64,000 nt of DNA from Klebsormidium nitens (lineage: Eukaryota > Plantae > Klebsormidiophyceae). Shown piece by piece: positions 59,901 through 64,000 of this stretch (positions are counted from its first letter, which is position 1; the number at the start of each line of letters is the position of its first letter). The stretch lies in the NCBI GenBank assembly GCA_000708835.1, contig DF236966.1, positions 1-64,000 on the forward strand. Reading direction: 5' to 3'. The notes beneath the pieces are model-generated. The model saw nothing but the letters and a program-made list of their open reading frames with translations. It did no database searches and was not told where the DNA came from. A program made the translations under genes and the position numbers.

Positions 59901-62900
59901 GAGCTGAAACTCTTTTCCTCCTACTTCGCAGTTGATCATCACGTCAGACGCCCTCGCTCCAGCTTTGCGTCCCTTCGGCATCGACTTCGTCCCCCGTTCC
60001 TCTCCCCTCGCCCCCGTAGCTCCACTTGCCGCCTCCCAAGCAGCCGCCAGCAGGCCATTTGAAGCCGTGTTCACACCATCACCCCAGCCTACGACCAGCA
60101 GTGGTGTGAATGGGCAACCCAATATGGGTTACATCGAAACGCTCGGGAGTACCGCGCGGGACGCAGGACACTTTGGTAGCGATCAAGTGGCGGATCCGGT
60201 CAACCATCAGGAAATACTCCAAATGCACCCCACTTCCGCAGCGCCTAGCAATCGGTTCTCCACTGCGCCCTCTGAGAAGAGTCCAGGCAAGCGGCCTCTC
60301 AGAGAGCAGTTTCACACCCAGAAAGGCATTCACACTCCCGATCCAATCACCGCCCACACTACCCCTTTTCCTGCCCAGTTGGACATGCTGGAGCGCATTC
60401 ACACCCCGGATGGTGTTCAAACTCCCGGAGGTATTCACACCTCGGAAGGCGTCCCCGCGGCGGCTGAGTCAGCGGCTGAGTCCGTCGTGTTACTTTCGAT
60501 GGACGACGGCGCGTGGGCTTCCGGCGTCGTGCTCAGCGCCGAGGGGCTTATTCTCACCAACGCGCACCTGATCGAGCCCTGGAGGTTCGCGACCAAGCCC
60601 AAAGTGCACGGCTCCAAGCTGCAGCCACGAGTGCGCTTCGGCGCTTCGGTAGGAGGAGTGAGGGGGACAGGGGAGGAGAGTAAAGAGATGGGAGAGCGGC
60701 TCACGGGAGGGGAAGAGGGGTTTCGGGAAATGGGCGAAACGGAAAAAGCGCGGAGGCGGCGGAATGAGGGGCCGGCAGAGAGTCCGGCGAACGAGCGGAG
60801 AGCGGGTCGGAACGGAACGGAACGGTCTGAGAAAGATGTTGGAAGCGGAGCAGCTTCGGCAGCTGGTTCCTCGGCGGCCGGAATCCGGGGAGGTATTGGC
60901 GGAGCGGAAGGTGCGGGATGGCCGTCCTTTTCCGGCGGAACCCGAGAAGCCTTAGGGGAAATGCGGAGGGCGTTGCCGGAACTAGGTAGTGACTCAGGCG
61001 GCGTTGAAAAGCGTCCCACCCAACGCGGTGCGTACTGGGATTGTATACGTGGCAGTGACACCAGGTCAAGTGCCACGTGTCAGGAGCAGAGCGAGCCAGC
61101 TAGCCAACCGCTGTCCCGTTGGTCAGGAACGGAAGTAGAACGCTCAGGGAGCGCAGCTGAGAGTCGCGATCAGTGTGAATTCCCTCCAGGAATAGAGTAT
61201 CCAGAGAGGAGCCTGCGAGAAGGCGAAAGCGCGCACAGTGCACGGCAATCAGCACGCTCGCTTGACATTCAAACTGTTGCGCAAAGGGGATCCCCTCGGC
61301 TGCTATCGCCCGTCTATTCGCCATCCCCCCCTCCATTGTCATTGCGAAAAACGGCGTCCAACCCGCCCCGCTACTACCGCCCCGTCAGGGTCCATCTGAG
61401 CGACCGCGGAGGAGCTGCCACGGGGCAGAGCGCGCGCGTAGTATTCGTCTCCCAGGGCCCCTTCGACGCAGCCGTTCTGCAGCTGCTGAACGCGCCGACG
61501 GGACTCCGGCCGATCGTTCCGGCGGAACGGGCTTCCGCCCCCGGCGCGACGGCGCTGGTCGTGGGACACGGGCTGTTTGGGCCCATGACTGGTGCGTTTA
61601 TTTCTGAGAAGGCTCTCCTTTTTATGTTTTTAGCGGTTTGTTAGTCAGCTGAAAGTGCGCTGTCTGGCTGTCTGCTTTCAATCGACGACGCTGGGGTCTC
61701 TTTGAGAAGAAGAGTTCGCGTCGACGTGACTGTTTGACTGTCAGCCCGCGACCGTGGGTCTTCTTTCGTATTCGTCATCGAGTTTCGTCTCCTGAAAGAT
61801 GCTGGAACTTAGCTAATCGATATTTGACTCGGACCAATCCTTAGGCGGGCCTTCTGTTCGCGAGGTAGTCCTAGACGCCTGAGGCGCAAGTCTGCAAAGG
61901 AGACGGGCTCGTTGTATTAATGAGACAGCCACCTAATCTTTCCTCTCAATCTCAGTTGCACTCAAAAGAGGAGTCAGGGTTCTTTCGTGCCTTGGTATTG
62001 ATTTAGAAGGCGGACAGTCACTCACAGAAAGTTCCACGCTGCTTTCAGCGGTCTTGTTATAGACAGGAAGCAGTTGCACTCTTTTCCAAGAGGCAGTCCT
62101 CCCGCTCCCGTTTTCCCGCTTGAACCCATATCTGTTGCTTTCCTTCATCGAGCTTTCGTGTCTTTTGCGTGCCGTGTCTGCAGAGCCGCAAGCGTCCGTT
62201 CGTTACTCTGGCGCCGTACCGCGGCCCGAGATGCGAAATATAGGACTAAGCGCTGATGGCAATGTTGTTATGTCATCCATCGAAACAGTCAACACTTTCA
62301 ATCAGTCAAGAATATCAAACTCGCGGGTTTTTCAATGCCATTTCGTCCGGTGCAGAGCTGCGACCGTTCGTGTTCTCCGGCGTCGTGTCAAATCCGACGG
62401 CCAGGTGGCAACGCATCCACAGTCGATAAGTTACAGGCCAAATTGTTCAGATTCAGAAACGCGTCCCTGTAGATCTGCGACCGCCCGTGTTATATTCCGG
62501 CGTCGTCTCACAGCTCGTCAGATCGGACGGCCACGTGGCTATCAATCCACGGTCATTACTTACAGGCCCAAAACATTCTTCACGTCCGAAAGTTCGTTTT
62601 CTGCAGAGTTGCGACCGTCCGTGTACTCCGGCGTCGTTTCGCGGCTCGTCAAATCGGACGGCCACGTGGCGATGCTGCAGACGACGGCAGCCGTCCACCC
62701 GGGTGGCAGCGGGGGCGCCGTGGTTGACGTCAGCGGCCGGCTGATCGGTCTGGTGACGTCAGCGGCGCGGCACAGCGGGGGGAGCATGCTGCCGCACCTC
62801 AACTTCAGCATACCGGTGGAGGCGCTGAAGCCCGTGTTTGACTTCGCAAATTCAGGTGATTGTCGTGAAGCATTTCTAACTGATTATGTACGTGATGAAA

Positions 62901-63597
62901 TCAGCCGAACATTCTGTACAAGGTTTGCATTTGTGGCAACGAGAGTCGGCCGGATATGGGCTTCTGTTCAGTGAAGGCTCTGAAGCCCGTATTCGATTTC
63001 GGAAAGTCAGGTACATTTTGCAAGGCCCTCCTGACACTCGTAGTTGCTTAGACGTGTCGCCGATCCACGTTTGCCGACTCTGGGATCATGGGATCCCAGT
63101 CTGATCAGATTTCAAACTTGCTCGGACGACAGTCGATCGGGTCTCTGGCTTCTCTTTTGGCGGGGGCTCTGGAGCCCGCTTTCGAAACATTGTGCCGTTG
63201 TGGTTTTGTGCTACGAGATTCTGCTTCTCGTAGGAGACTACACTCGACTAACTTCGTGGGCGACAGAAGCGAAGTGGGAGCCGAAAGCAGAAGCAAATGC
63301 TTGCAAACCCCATACTGACAGAAGCTCGGTTTGCTCCTTTCAGGGGGTCTGAACGTGGGCCTTCTGGAGCCCCTCAACACGGCCAATAGTAAACTGTCTG
63401 CCATCTGGGCGCTTGCACCCCCTCCGCCGCTGCCCCGACCGGCGTCGACGCTCCTCCCCGGGCACATTCTGGAAAACCTACCGGGGCAAGAAGATATCGT
63501 TTATGGTTCCGGAAAGGGCACGAAATTTGCGCAGTTTCTGACGGATCGTGGCCAGGATTACTTGAAGAAGTCGACGCTTCTTCGAAGCAAATTGTGA
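56915..63597 (+). CDS. DEG15: Peroxisomal/glyoxysomal processing protease (DEG15/TYSND1 family); 6 exons: 56915-56977, 57385-57777, 58310-59245, 59932-61591, 62607-62855, 63344-63597; 1184 aa
   Basis: [61 protein letters not shown] (His), FDAAVLQL (Asp), [11 protein letters not shown] (Ser), HLNFSIP and C-terminal PTS1 -SKL*. Phases are consistent. Confidence 0.95.
62172..62545 (+). repeat. Three degenerate copies of the DEG15 exon 5 acceptor and start
   Basis: Acceptor AG ends at 62183, 62355 and 62472 (functional one at 62606), each followed by variants of agttgcgaccgtccgtgtactccggcgtcgt...tcaaatcggacggccacgtggc. Confidence 0.88.
62976..63016 (+). repeat. Duplicate of the DEG15 exon 5 3' end and donor
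   Basis: ggctctgaagcccgtattcgatttcggaaagtcag|gt versus the exon end ggcgctgaagcccgtgtttgacttcgcaaattcag|gt. Confidence 0.8.
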
Positions 63598-64000
63598 TGA
63601 TGGTTGGGGCAGTCGTCGTGTTTTGAGCTCATACTGGCACCGGAGGGTTGTTGTGAAAATCCACAAGCTATCGCAACCATGAAGAGACAGTGAAAGGTGA
63701 GCATTGGTGTAGTTTAATCGCATGTCCAGGACGCACTGTAGGGTCGTAGATAGCATGCCAGGTTGACTAATGAGTATTTTGACCACAACCATGTGCCAAA
63801 AGCAGGATGATCGGAGATCAGTTTGTGCCTTGCAGGAATCAATCAACTTTGCGACGCTCGTTGAGAGAGGCAGCCGCACGAATATGTATATATGAAGACA
63901 AACTTCGAAAGCAATGCATCCAGCTGACGATGATCCTCATACGTATGCAATGATGCCGCATGCATGCATGCACATGAAGACAGTATAATCGACGAGCTAT

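Noticed and set aside
1-64000. CRISPR arrays, rRNA, tRNA genes and intact transposons
   Set aside because: No regularly spaced identical repeats with unique spacers, no rRNA-length matches, no convincing A/B-box cloverleaf, and no transposase, RT or integrase motifs in the ORF track.

Overview
Eukaryotic, intron-rich nuclear DNA from a green plant lineage. Protein similarity, GT-AG intron style and base composition suggest a streptophyte alga such as Klebsormidium (inference). I assembled spliced models by hand with consistent exon phases for eight recognisable genes: NOP56 (-), a D27-family beta-carotene isomerase-like gene (+), ATG6/Beclin1 (+), a plastid [2Fe-2S] ferredoxin (+), a DHH/DHHA1 phosphoesterase-like gene (-), NAA50 (+), a DAD1/PLA1-type lipase (+), RINT1/TIP20 (MAG2-like) (-) and peroxisomal DEG15 (+) make nine in total. 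There are also two orphan coding candidates (-). Most genes sit in head-to-head pairs. No rRNA, tRNA, CRISPR array or intact transposon was seen. The most notable observations are: (1) recurrent 'exon-echo' tandem duplications of about 104-175 bp spanning splice sites in six genes; (2) a 224-nt structured box C/D RNA and a second C/D candidate in NOP56 introns; (3) a lipase with about 6 hydrophobic segments inserted in its lid region; (4) a 39-bp near-perfect intronic hairpin; (5) CpG-poor domains over divergent promoters and palindrome-rich patches between convergent gene ends.
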